Source: Octopus sinensis
Lineage: Eukaryota
DNA: 42,167 bases
Assembly: GCF_006345805.1 (NCBI RefSeq)
Contig: NW_021835766.1
Coordinates: 1-42,167, forward strand
Direction of reading: 5' to 3'
Shown piece by piece: positions 1 to 12,332 of this stretch (within the stretch, counting starts at the first letter, position 1; every line of letters begins with the position of its first letter). The notes beneath the pieces were generated by a model. The model was given only the letters and a program-made list of their open reading frames with translations. It was not told where the DNA came from and did not search any database. The translations under genes were made by a program, and so were the position numbers.

Positions 1-199
1 AGAGGACAAAAAAGGACAGACAAACGGATTAAGTCGATTATATCGACCCCTGTGCGTCACTGGTACTTATTTAATCGACCCCGAAAGGATGGAAGGCAAA
101 GTGGACCTCGGCGGAATTTGAACTCAGAACGTAACGGCAAATGAAATACCGCTAAGCATTTCGCCCGGCGTGCTAACGATTCTACCAGCTCGCCGCCTT
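1..199 (-). mobile_element. tRNA-derived SINE family A (Meta/MESC-like central domain), 3' end cut by the window edge
   Basis: Minus strand starts GGCGGCGAGCTGGTAGAATCGTTAGC (A-box region), has B box GAGTTCAAATTCC, then GCCTTCCATCCTTTCGGGGTCGAT...AAGTACCAG. Many copies in the window. Domain name is from recall. Confidence 0.85.
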
Positions 200-301
200 A
201 ATTTTCTTTATAACAATAGCAACACAGTATCTCTACTGTAGCGTTTACTTTTTCCTCACCAAATCAATGTAATTTTTGTCCAGAGACAACCTACCATATA
301 C

Positions 302-564
302 TCTTTTTACTTATTTCAGTCATTTGACTGTGGCCATACTGGAGCACCGCCTTTAATCGAGCAAATCGACCCCAAGACTTATTCCTTGTAAGCCTAGTAC
401 TTATTCTATCGGTCTCTTTTGCCGAACCGCTAAGTTACGGGAACGTAAACACACCAGCATCGGTTGTCAAGTGATGTCAGGGGACAAACAAAGACACACA
501 AACTTATACACACACATACACATATATATACATGATATATATATTATATATATATATTATAATA

Positions 565-603
<39 letters not shown>

Positions 604-775
604 ATAGGCATACTATATACGACGGGATTCTTTCAGTTTCCATCTACCAAATCCACTTACAAGGCTTTGGTCGGCCCGAGGCTATAATAGAAGACACTTT
701 CCCAAGGTGCCAAGCAGTGTGACTGAACCCGGAACCATGTGGCTGGTAAGCAAGCTACTTACCACACAGCCACTC
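302..775 (-). mobile_element. tRNA-derived CORE-like SINE family B (octopus OR-type), near full length, with internal (TA)n/(CA)n
   Basis: Head GAGTGGCTGTGTGGTAAG...GGTTCAGTC, CORE-like GGCACCTTGGGAAAGTGTC, tail GGCGGTGCTCCAGTATGGCCACAGTCAAATGACTGAAATAAGTAAAAAGAG. Homologous to 28772-29089 and 34285-34765. Confidence 0.85.
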
Positions 776-1367
776 TTACACCTATACTGTATACAGAAAA
801 TGTGAATTTTGTGTGTATATTTAAGCTAGCTTTCTTTATTTGCATAAATTTGTGAATATACAATTGTATAATGCTGAGCATGTATATCAATGCAAAAAAA
901 AATACGCATAATTTCTTGCATAGTAAAATTAATACAACATGAAGACGATTGCTAAACGGCCGTAACCTCATGGAAGTCTCGTGGTTAAATAAATATATTC
1001 GTCTTGCATACCGCCTGACTTTGCGCGTGCGCGTGCGAGTGTGTGTTTGTGTGTGTGTGTGATGAGAGGGAGAGAGAGAATTTCTGCTGCAAATGGAGTT
1101 GTTCCCACGTTCATCTCCCGAGAAACGAATGCTTATCTCGATGGAAGCTTATCCCTTTGTATTATTAACACGTATCACTAATAGGGCTTTGTTTCTTGCT
1201 AAGAGATAAATATTACCAACGACAAATATTAACAAACAATGAAGTTTTGTGCTCCACGCTGTTACACAATTCTTGGGGTACGCATTTCACCGTTTACACG
1301 GATACATGCTTCTATATACACAGAGGGAGAAAGATACAGAGACACAGAGATCCATTATTTGCATATA

Positions 1368-1406
<39 letters not shown>

Positions 1407-1451
1407 ACACACATATATATATATAATATATATATAATATATATATATACA

Positions 1452-1487
<36 letters not shown>

Positions 1488-1488
<1 letters not shown>

Positions 1489-1735
1489 TAGCAGAGATAC
1501 CCGGCGTTGCACAGGATTAAAATGCATAGCTTGTGTATAATATATTACAGTTATCTTGAGACAGGTGATATGGGAAAGTGCAGCATTGACAAGAAAACGT
1601 CTGTGGAGTAAATGATGGGCTAATTCCACTAAGCAACATGCTATACTTCCGTTTGGAGCATTTTAGGCCCTAACCTGTTAGGGAAAATTGGGAGTGGAGG
1701 TTACGTGATTTTTTAACACATCGAAAAGCTGTCAG
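1488..1735 (-). mobile_element. Non-autonomous Helitron-like element, 3' terminus at the left
   Basis: CTAG at 1488-1491 with a GC-rich imperfect hairpin (CCCGGCGTTGCACAGG) about 8 nt inside. Same terminus as 9154. Right boundary approximate. Confidence 0.55.
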
Positions 1736-1810
1736 TGGATGGATGGATGGATGGATGGATGGGGTGGATAGATAGATAGATAGATAGAGAGAGGGAGAGA
1801 GAGAGATAAG

Positions 1811-1878
<68 letters not shown>

Positions 1879-1929
1879 CAGACAGACACACAGACACACA
1901 GACACACAGACAGACAGATAGATAGATAG

Positions 1930-1992
<63 letters not shown>

Positions 1993-1995
1993 TAG
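1736..1995. repeat. Compound microsatellite (GGAT)n/(GATA)n/(GACA)n
   Basis: Directly visible. Confidence 0.95.
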
Positions 1996-2649
1996 AAAAG
2001 GGGAAAGTGTTAGCCCCAAAAAAGAACACCACAACGAAACACCTGGCATCATTAAGTGTAGACCTGTGTGTGTTTGTGTGTGTGTGTGTGTATTAGTCAT
2101 AGTTGTCTATTAAACACGCGGCGAGGCTATATAATGAAATATCATCTTGATAATTGAACGTAGGAACCATAACTCGACTTGGATAACGAATGGAGGCAAG
2201 CAAAATGAGAGGCACAACCAGTAGACACATATAAGCTTTTTCAAACGCCATTTACAAAGAAATATCATCATAATCCATCTCAAAATAGTAAATGGATAGA
2301 GAGACCGAGATAATTTCGACTTGCAGACAGAATATGAACTTTTTACTCTGTTTTCTACATTACCAGTGACATCACACAAAACTTGACGTGTCGCTGTCTG
2401 GTCTTTTGCTTAATTATTGCCAGAAAAAAATGCTGAAGATCGAAGTGTTCAGGTTTCTGGAAACTAGGTAGAACCCATCCCACAGAAGTAACTTTTACCA
2501 CTAAATATACATACTAATATATATATATAAAACATATACCTATAAAAATACAAGATTATATATTTATATACAACTAGAAAGATTCAGAAAGTTCATATTT
2601 GGATGTTTTACAGTTTGGATTTTATATATCGTACACTTTATGAACAGTG

Positions 2650-3015
2650 CGTGTGTGTGTGTGTATCTGTGTGTGTGTTCAAGTGTGTGTGTGTGTGTGT
2701 GTGTCTTCAAGAGTATGTCTATGTGTGTGTGTCCAAGAGTGTGTCTATGTCTGTGTGTGTGTCTTCAAGAGTGTGTCTATGTGTGTGTGTGTGTGTGTGT
2801 CTTCAAGTGTGTTTCTATGTGTGTGTGTTTGTGTGTGTCTGTGTGTGAGAGAGAGAGTGTGTGTGTGTCTATGTGTATGTGTGTGTGTGTTCAAGAGTGT
2901 GTCTATGTGTGTGTGTGTTGTATTCAAGAGTTTGTCGATGTGTGTGTGTGTCTTCAGGAGTGTGTCTATGTGCGTGTGTGTTTGTGTGTGTGTTCAAGAG
3001 TGTGTCTATGTGTGT
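2650..3015. repeat. Minisatellite with core TTCAAGAGTGTGTCTATG plus variable (TG)n
   Basis: Core recurs roughly every 26-40 bp, about ten times. Confidence 0.85.
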
Positions 3016-3351
3016 ATTTGCACGTATCGCGTTGATCAAATAGCGAAATTCACGCTGTAAATTCTCAGTGTTCCCAGCTCAGACTTCGTTTTCTGTTGGC
3101 ACAATTTCCATTCATTTATGCTATTTAGACCCCTACAATAACAATGACCATTCAAAGGACTAATTTTCTATTGTAAATGTGTTTCAGATAATAACCCATT
3201 GATGGATTAACAAATAATCAGCCGAGCAGAAAATAAACAACAAAGACGATAGATTGAGTGATTTCAGAGTTGACGCCATTTCATTGGTGTGTGAAATTAG
3301 ACTATATATTTACATGGGTGTATACATGTATGCATGTGTGTGTGCACGCAC

Positions 3352-3389
<38 letters not shown>

Positions 3390-3502
3390 CTGGGTGTTAT
3401 TTCATTGTGCATATGTGATACTTAATAAACAGCTGAAACACACAGTGACATATGCAAAACAGACATATATATATAAATATGTGTATATATATATATATAT
3501 AG

Positions 3503-3536
<34 letters not shown>

Positions 3537-3669
3537 ATTATATATATAAATTAGAAAAAAGACACCTTTTATCAATTCAATAATGAAAAATTAAATTATA
3601 CCATTTAGAAAATTGCATATTATAGTAAGATTAAATATAAGATAAAACATATTATTATTATTATTTTGC

Positions 3670-3888
3670 AAGGCGGCGAGCTGGCAGACTCGTTAGCACG
3701 CCAGGCGAAATGCGTAGCCGTATTTCGTCTGCCGTTACGTTCTGAGTTCAAATTCCGCCGAGGTCGACTTTGCCTTTCATCCTTTCGAGGTCGATAAATT
3801 AAGTACCAGTTACGCCCTGGGGTCGATGTAATCGACATAATCCGTTTGTCCCCTCTGTGTTTAGCCCCTTGTGAGCAGTAGTGAAATA
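3670..3888 (+). mobile_element. SINE family A, full length
   Basis: AAGGCGGCGAGCTGGCAGA...GAGTTCAAATTCC...CCCCTTGTGAGCAGTAGTGAAATA; ACATATTATTATTATTATT on both sides (probable TSD). Confidence 0.9.
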
Positions 3889-3890
3889 CA

Positions 3891-3926
<36 letters not shown>

Positions 3927-3959
3927 CTAAATCTGTCTGTCTATCTATCTATATCTACA

Positions 3960-4044
<85 letters not shown>

Positions 4045-4209
4045 TAATAGATATATATTATATATATATGAATATATATATATATATATCTAGATTAGAA
4101 AAAAGCAACCTTTTAATCACTCAAAATGAAAATTAAATTATACATTTAGAAATTGGCATATTATAGTAAGATTAAATATAAGATAAAACATATTATTATT
4201 ATATTTTGC

Positions 4210-4429
4210 AAGGCGGCGAGCTGGCAGACTCGGTTAGCACGCCAGGCGAAATGCGTAGCCGTATTTCCGTCTGCCGTTACGTTCTGAGTTCAAATTCCGC
4301 CGAGGTCGACTTTGCCTTTCATCCTTTCGAGGTCGATAAATTAAGTACCAGTTACGCCCTGGGGTCGATGTAATCGACCAATCCGTTGTTCCCCTCTGTG
4401 TTTAGCCCCTTGTGAGCAGTAGTGAAATA
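4210..4429 (+). mobile_element. SINE family A, duplicate copy
   Basis: Near-identical to 3670-3888 including flanks. Confidence 0.85.
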
Positions 4430-4498
4430 CATATTATATTATTCTTATTATATTATTATTATTATCTAATCTGTCTGTCTATCTATCTATATCTACAT

Positions 4499-4557
<59 letters not shown>

Positions 4558-4593
4558 TGAAGTATATTTGCCACCTAAATGTGGCTGGCCGGA

Positions 4594-4744
4594 TGGGACG
4601 ATGCTACTGTAATTTATAGCCTCAGGAAGACATCTCCTCCTCTTGATTTCCCTTCGCAAATACTGATCGGGCACAGACACCGTGCCGTTAGCCAGCTGGA
4701 GCAGATGTCTTCCTGGAGCTATAAACTACAGTAACATCGTCCCA
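4594..4744. repeat. Inverted repeat, ~47 bp arms and ~57 bp spacer
   Basis: TGGGACGATGCTACTGTAATTTATAGCCTCAGGAAGACATCTCCTCC versus GGAGCAGATGTCTTCCTGGAGCTATAAACTACAGTAACATCGTCCCA; 5 mismatches. Confidence 0.9.
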
Positions 4745-5039
4745 ATAGGGAATTTATAAACAGTGTTGAATGACCAAGTTTAGAAATCTGCTGGATCTCA
4801 CTCCTAAAGGAATCTTACATTGCTTATAAACCCTATATTTGGAAGGACTCATATTAAACTCTGTTGGACTTTTGGACATTACTCATAGGATATTGGAATA
4901 TTGCAAATATACCATTACACCTATAAAACGGATTTACAACTTCAATACCCATACATATCTTACATCTATTTTCTTTCCTCCTCATCACTCTCTATTTTGT
5001 ATCACATCTAAACTAACTATGGCTTAACTTTCCTCTCAC

Positions 5040-5097
5040 ACCGTCTCCGATGAAGGGATATTATTAATTAATATCCTAGAAACAGCTGTAAGACTGT
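5040..5097 (+). ncRNA. Minimal type-I hammerhead ribozyme-like motif (Penelope pLTR type)
   Basis: Stem I ACCGTCT/AGACTGT, core CCGATGA, stem II GGATATT..AATATCC, GAAAC, palindromic ACAGCTGT stem III, GTA cleavage triplet. Confidence 0.65.
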
Positions 5098-5315
5098 CTA
5101 TCTATAAATGCTCTAAAATCTATACAGCCTTGGTTTTTTATCTTATTACGCAAAATAAATTCTTATATACACACGCTGACATAGAACCAACGTTGAACCC
5201 TTTATTCGCAATATTACCGAATCTGGAACTTAACTATGGTCTATCTATAGCACTTATTCAGCATTACCTGATACCCTTGGGTCTCAATGACACCATTATC
5301 TCTTTAACCTATACT

Positions 5316-5374
<59 letters not shown>

Positions 5375-5418
5375 ATATATACATATAATATATATATATA
5401 TATACATATATATATAAA

Positions 5419-5461
<43 letters not shown>

Positions 5462-6169
5462 ATATATATATCAAGTTGATATCTTCGGCGAGTTAACATG
5501 AGGTTCCTTAACGTCAACGTAACCTTCATATAATCGTGGTATCTTCAGCCTGGCGAATAGCTATCTGAGTACCACTCGTTGAGTAATTATTACATAAGAT
5601 GATTTACTAGCAAGGAAACATATGTAGCCTCGATCTTACCTGCTCCGCTTCCTCGATTTGGATTTTTATTTGCATTCAAAAACGACTCAAGTTGCTAACC
5701 GTGAGCTATAAAAATTTTTTTCAGTTTATCGGACTTGGATACGGGAAAAGTCTACAACTTTCTACGCCAATTAATTATTATTGTTCCTGAATGTTGTTTT
5801 TGGTCCTAACACAGACTTCCTTCACTTAGATCCTCGGATCTTATAATTACACACACACCCATATATTTATAAACAAATGGTTGTATCGTTTTTCCAGGTT
5901 TTGCTTCGCACGTCTTGTTTTAACTCTGTTGTAAAGCTGAAAGGCCTTCGAAATATATTCTTTTACTTTTCTAATATATATATATATATATATAAAGAAG
6001 GAGGGTTTTAATGTGTGTGGGTGTGTTCGTCGGTGTGTATATATATATTATATATAATATATATATATAATGTATGTTATATGTGTTTATATATATGTAA
6101 ATATATATATTTATATTTATATATATATGTATATATATATATATATTATATATATATATATATTATATA

Positions 6170-6227
<58 letters not shown>

Positions 6228-6270
6228 TGTTTATGAATTGATATGAATTAATATCTGTGTCGTTTATCAT

Positions 6271-6535
6271 TTGCTTGTGTTTTCGTTACCGTCCTTACCT
6301 TTTCATTTTTTATATGTATTTTACCGTTTATCTTTTTTACACCATCTTTTTTGCCGTTCTTTCATTTTGTCCTCCGTGTCCGATCACTTAGGCCCAAGCA
6401 GCGTTTTACTGTTGACGTCGCCAAAATATTATCGAGAAAGAGTCGAAATTGTGAGGATTTTTGGTCGATAACTGATAAGGGGCGAGTTATTACAGTTTTC
6501 CGGTTGTTCCTTCGTCATTTTTCCGTGCAACGTTT
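6271..6535 (+). repeat. Dispersed repeat fragment, possibly a Penelope-like terminal repeat
   Basis: GTCGAAATTGTGAGGATTTTTGGTCGATAACTGATAAGGG is homologous to the minus strand of 27154-27193. Confidence 0.5.
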
Positions 6536-7422
6536 TGCTACACACACACACACACCACACACACACACACATACGCACACACACACACACATACATACAT
6601 ACATACATACACACATACATACACACATACATACACACATACATACATACACACATACACACATACATACATACATACATACATACACACATATATACAT
6701 ACATACATACATACATAAGTACATACATACATACATACATACATACATACATACATACATACATACATGCATACATACATACTAACGGTTATAGAAGATG
6801 TGATACTTGTTTCTCCGATCAATTTAACATTCTACAATAGCCTTGTTTTTCATATTTCAAGCAAAAGTTCTAAATTCATGAATTCTTGCAGAAATCCCCA
6901 TTACTATATATCGATGAGTTTATTACTACCAACAGGCTAAAAACACTTTATGTCCAAAATAACGAATTTACGGTAAGTGGTGGTTATTTATTCATCATAA
7001 CTAAACCTTCATTAATAATATTCGCTTCCCTTAATTATGCGCATTTTATACACAAGATACTGAAGGCATAAAAATCATCAAACATTTTCGCAACAAATAG
7101 ATGACAATAATAAATGTTCTACTCTCGATAGTTGAATAGCCAAAGTGTAACTCAATTTTTTTCGCCAACCGATTAAATCTTGGTAATTAATTATAACTTA
7201 ATGTGTTTGCAAATATTTTGCTTATATATTACTACGCCATTTTTCTACTTCAGTTCTTTGAATAAGAGGTAAATGAAATTCAGATTTATGATTCAAAACG
7301 CTTCAGATTCTAACAAAACGTAGAATCTGTTTAAGAGATATACTCTATTTTATGCACTGAGTACTTTTTTCACTCTTTGTAAGCAAAATATCAGCCAAGA
7401 CACACACAAACATACACACATG

Positions 7423-7456
<34 letters not shown>

Positions 7457-7750
7457 CATATATACACATACATATATATACACACACATATATATATATA
7501 TATATGTGTGTTTGTGTGTGTATGTATATAATAGTCATATATATAAACGCGTGTATATATATATATATATAATATACATATATATACATATATATAAATA
7601 TATATATGTAGATATATATATAATATATATATATATATATAGATAGATATTGGATATATATATGGATACATTACATATTATATATAATATATATATATAT
7701 AATTATACATTATATATATATATAATATATAATATATATACATATATATC

Positions 7751-7811
<61 letters not shown>

Positions 7812-8098
7812 ATACATGTATTTAATATATATGTATATGAATATTTACATACGTACGTGTGTTTGCACCTGTCTGTATATGACGGTTATTCTCATATCTT
7901 TCCTTTCTAGTTTAACAATGACCTATTGATTTTTTAAAGCTGTTATGTATTTTATTACAGAACGTGATGCATGAGAAAGAATATATATATATATATATAA
8001 TATATATATAATATATATATATACATATGCATATATATATAAATAAGTAAATATAAATATATATTTATACATACATATAAATACATCTATCAAACACC

Positions 8099-8208
<110 letters not shown>

Positions 8209-8391
8209 ATATATGTATCGATAATGTATATGTGTATGTTTTTTTTTATACATATGGTTATGCGTATATCTGCTTAGAAATGTCTACACGCATACACACA
8301 TAGATATAAATTTGATATAGATTGCAGTGTGCAATGTTTTTCTTTTTGATATATATATATATATAAGACACACACGTATATATAATATACG

Positions 8392-8443
<52 letters not shown>

Positions 8444-9153
8444 GAGAGAGAGAGAGAGACTCACAAACACATACAATGTTTCACCACAAGAGATCTCATA
8501 TCTGGTTGGTTGACTAGAATTAAGTAGAAAAATCCATACGCACCAAACATCCTAGTAAATAAATTGCATTATAAAGTTTGTGGGTAGTTGGGGGGGGGGG
8601 ATATGTAAGCAGGCTGTAAAAAGAAGTAAAACTCTTGATTAAGAATATTCCAACGTGGCTACTGGAGCCCATAAATGTGTAGCATCATTAAGTCTTCTTT
8701 TCAATATTTTCATACAAGATATCAGCCAGCGTGGGTTGATATTGTTCACGACTAGTGACAGCCGTATAAGTTGTTTGGTCTGATGTGGATTGGTCAATAT
8801 AGAAAATAGTGTGTAAGTATTTTCTTACTGCTGGCATAATTCGATGCGTACATTTCATAAACGTACCTTTTAGCGATGCTAAATTTATGTTTATTTAGCA
8901 TATAAGCGTACGTATTTTTTTTAATAATTTATTCACAGGCTCGCTTCTTTCGTTAAGTTTACAAATACATGTTGCCAGCGAATGTACTGATAAGGAAATT
9001 ATTAAAACCAGTGCCTGTTAGACCAAGCAATCTTCCATTATCGAAAGCTTCTTTCTCTCCCTTTCTGTGTATCTGCATCCCCCCTCTCTCTCTCTTTCTT
9101 GTTTAACTCATGTGTCTATTAACAGAGTGAGGCCAAACATATCTATATTAAAA

Positions 9154-9502
9154 CTAGCAGTATCGCCCGGCGTTGCTCGGGTTTGTTTCGAACCTTTAGA
9201 ATTGGAATTTTTGAAAAGTAAAAATTTTGCATTATGTAGCTTGTTCTTTAAGTCAACATTTTTCTGGTTGAAATACACCTAAAAATGGCGACACAGCAGT
9301 CAAAAACTCGTAAAAGATAGGGATTTTCATAGAAAAAAAGTACCTTTTTGATGTAACTAATTTTTGGTCTTAACTTGTTCCGATTTGAATTTTATCTTCT
9401 ACGGAATAAAGAGCAAGCCTTCTTCTATCATACTCTCAATTTTGGTCAACTTGTGACGCAGGGTCTCGGAGGAGATAGTGTTGGTTGAAGGTACCAAACC
9501 TT
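9154..9502 (-). mobile_element. Non-autonomous Helitron-like element, 3' terminus at the left
   Basis: Minus strand ends CCCGAGCAACGCCGGG (hairpin, 9166-9181) + 8 nt + CTAG followed by T, the canonical Helitron 3' signature. Right boundary approximate. Confidence 0.6.
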
Positions 9503-10887
9503 GTTAAATGAATTTTTGCTCCAGCCAAGGCAGTTTCTGGCAATTTTATTTCTGCCATCGTGCGACATGTTTCGGCAAATCTACTTTGTGTTTGCTTAGA
9601 AGCAAACGACATTGTTGCTTTAAAATTTTTTCTCCTTCTTTGTTTCATGAAGTAGTGGCGGCGGTAGTAAAATCTGCAGGTGTTTCACGTGAAAGAATTC
9701 TTTTTTCTTTCTCTTCGCTTTCCTGCTTATTTTTGTTATTCTCACTGGTCCTCGTGATGGCAGTGGTCCTCTCTCCCTCCTCCATGCCTTCATCGGTATT
9801 CATGGCGCTGCTGCTGCTGCTGTAGTCATCATTATCGTTGCTGCTAGTACTTTTGCACTTGTTACTGCCGTCATAGCAACATGAAGAAATTATATTTCTC
9901 TTTGGCGAGAAATGAATTTCACCTTCAGTTGCATTTCTAGTCTATTTTTTAAAATTGGAAAAAAAAATGAATAAAATCTTGTTTCTACAAAATACAAAAA
10001 TGCAATACAATTATTTCACCCCCTACACACACACATACACACACCCAAAAAGGGGGTTTCAATTACACAAAATGTTATCACCACAATCCAGACAATACAA
10101 GCAAAATACTTATTAAATAAAATTTTGAAAGAACGGGCTGCAACCAGCTGAAATGGTTGATTAAACACTTACAAAATACGGAGGTCCAACATGTAGGACT
10201 ACACAGGCTGACGGCCATAATAATGATAATGTATGTATGTAGTGTAGGTTCAACGATTATCTAGCACTAGCACGGGCCCTCAGTAATTCTGTGTTGATGT
10301 CCGGTGTGCTCGAAGACCACAGGAAGGGAAGCAACCCTCAGCTTTTGTTAAATCATGCCTCTAAAAGAAGGTCACTTTAATATAAGACCAGAGATTCAGC
10401 GAATGACATTGAACATTTTCAGGATTAGTTTCTTGCGCTTGAGATTATGGTACTCACACATTCTTTAACTTGTGAACCATATTAGCAATGGATGTCTTGT
10501 CTGTGGATCATGTGAATATGATGGAGAGGGTCTGTGAGGTTTTGTACAATCATTATTGACAATAGATGAGACGATTTTCCGACGCCCGTTTGAGTAGGAG
10601 GGCGGCTCAAAGAGCATGGAATCCACAGGTGCATACCTCATACACTAACCTCATGTACGGGTATTGCTGACATTTTACACGGGTAGTGGTCAGTGACGGC
10701 ATTCATTGGTCACGAGTGGACAACCATCATTTATATATATAATCAATACAGATAAAGGGTGAAATATAATTAATTTAATAAAATCAACAAATTTCACCAA
10801 GTAGTATTTCGGTATGGAAAAGGACCATATTCGGTAAAAGTTTATATAATTATAACAATGAGGGTCTTTGCTACAGACTCTCATTGT

Positions 10888-10932
<45 letters not shown>

Positions 10933-11049
10933 CATATATATGCATGTGTATATACATGTGTGTGTGTGTAGGCAAGTATGCAGATAAACAAATTAGACAC
11001 ATTAAATTTATTAGATATATTAAATATATTAAATATAAAATATTTTTTT

Positions 11050-11835
11050 CTCTCTAGTTTCAGCTCAGAGCTGCGGCCATGCTGATGCACCGCCGTTTTG
11101 TGCTACACTGTTATTACGAAGAACCTCGTCTAATATGTAGCACTTGGTGAAGAATGGAGTTTGATATAGCTACTCTCATTTGCACCTCTTGCCGTGAGGT
11201 AGGTTCATCTGGGACTCTTGACAGGAAGATGTCCAGCTTTGATTTAAAAACCGCTACATCTACTTTGTGCAAGTTCCTCAGACTCTTTGGGAGAATATTA
11301 AAAAGCTGTGGGCCATTGAAACTCAGGCTGTTGCAGAAGCTGGTCCTGAAGCGTGGTGGCATTGCTGGGATCTTTGGTACTATGCAGTGTCGTCCCGTTC
11401 TAGCATTGGTGTAGCTTACAATGCCAAAATTTGGCACAATTCCTTCCAGGATCTTCCAGACATATATTACTGCATACCTCTCCCGTCTTCTCTCCAGGGA
11501 GTAGAGTCTTAGCTGTTTCAACCTTTCCCAGTAGCTGAGCTGTTGCAAAGAGACGATCTTCTTTGTGAATCTTCTCTGGATTGCTTCAAGGCCCGCTGTT
11601 AATTTTACACTGGTGGGTGACCATAGCTGTGAGCAGTAATCCAGGCGGCTGAGGACGAATGTCCGCCAGAGGACCATCATGGTTTCCTTATCTCTGGTTC
11701 TGAATGTTCTTAGGATCCATCCAGCCAGTCGTCTGCACTTTGTCGCCATCCTGGTAATGTGCACTTGGAAAGAGGTATCATCACTCATGTCGATACCCAG
11801 GTCCCTCACAGACTTAGGCTCTGGGATTGAATATG
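11050..11835 (-). mobile_element. 5'-truncated CR1-group LINE: RT C-terminal region with open frame, plus 3' UTR
   Basis: Translation VRDLGI..SFQVHI..LSRLDYCSQLWSP..LEAIQRRFTKKI..LSYWERLKQLRLYSLERRRER, stop at 11114. The N-terminal part of the 321-aa ORF is SINE/microsatellite read-through. Confidence 0.92.
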
Positions 11836-11851
11836 AAATTGGATATGAAAT

Positions 11852-11914
<63 letters not shown>

Positions 11915-11917
<3 letters not shown>

Positions 11918-12074
11918 CAGGAGTGGCTGTGTGGTAAGAAGTTTGCTTCCCAACCACATGGTTCCGAGTTCAGTCCCACTGCGTGGCAGTTTGGCCGAGT
12001 GTCTTCTATTATAGCCTTGGGTCAACCAAAGCCTTGTGAGTGGATTTGGTAGATGGAAGCTTAATGAAACCCTT

Positions 12075-12078
<4 letters not shown>
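11915..12078 (+). mobile_element. SINE family B, 5' half
   Basis: GCAGGAGTGGCTGTGTGGTAAGAAG...GAGTTCAGTCCC...GTGGATTTGGTAGA. Confidence 0.85.
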
Positions 12079-12134
<56 letters not shown>

Positions 12135-12137
<3 letters not shown>

Positions 12138-12332
12138 GGCTGATCAATAAGTATCCGGACTGTTGCTATAGTAACGAAGCACTGCTGTTAGCAATGGGAG
12201 TGAGCTTGAACGTTAAAACTTAGTTCGCATGCGCAACAGAGTTGAAGGTCAATTTGTACCAAGCAGCTTCACTCTGCGTGCTTTAGCTTTGTTACTATAG
12301 CAACAGTCCAGATACTTATTGATCAGACACTG
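12135..12332. mobile_element. Tc1/mariner-type MITE, ~198 bp
   Basis: ~45 bp TIRs (CTGATCAATAAGTATCCGGACTGTTGCTATAGTAACGAAGC and its near-perfect reverse complement), TA on both sides, no coding capacity. Confidence 0.85.

Larger units (their letters stand above)
3548..4556. repeat. ~545 bp tandem duplication (flank + SINE A + microsatellites)
   Basis: 3550-4090 is repeated from about 4095; differences are mostly 1-bp indels. Confidence 0.85.

Noticed and set aside
1101-1110. CSL/Su(H)-type site GTTCCCACG (also near 15713 and 37924)
   Set aside because: Isolated 8-mers are expected by chance in 42 kb; no paired-site arrangement or gene context.
10790-10842. Minus-strand hammerhead-like fold (CCGAA-TATGG..CCATA-CCGAAA)
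   Set aside because: Core too degenerate to call without an alignment of copies.
11114-12079. 321-aa ORF as a host gene
   Set aside because: Chimera of antisense SINE, (TA)n and a CR1 RT fragment.
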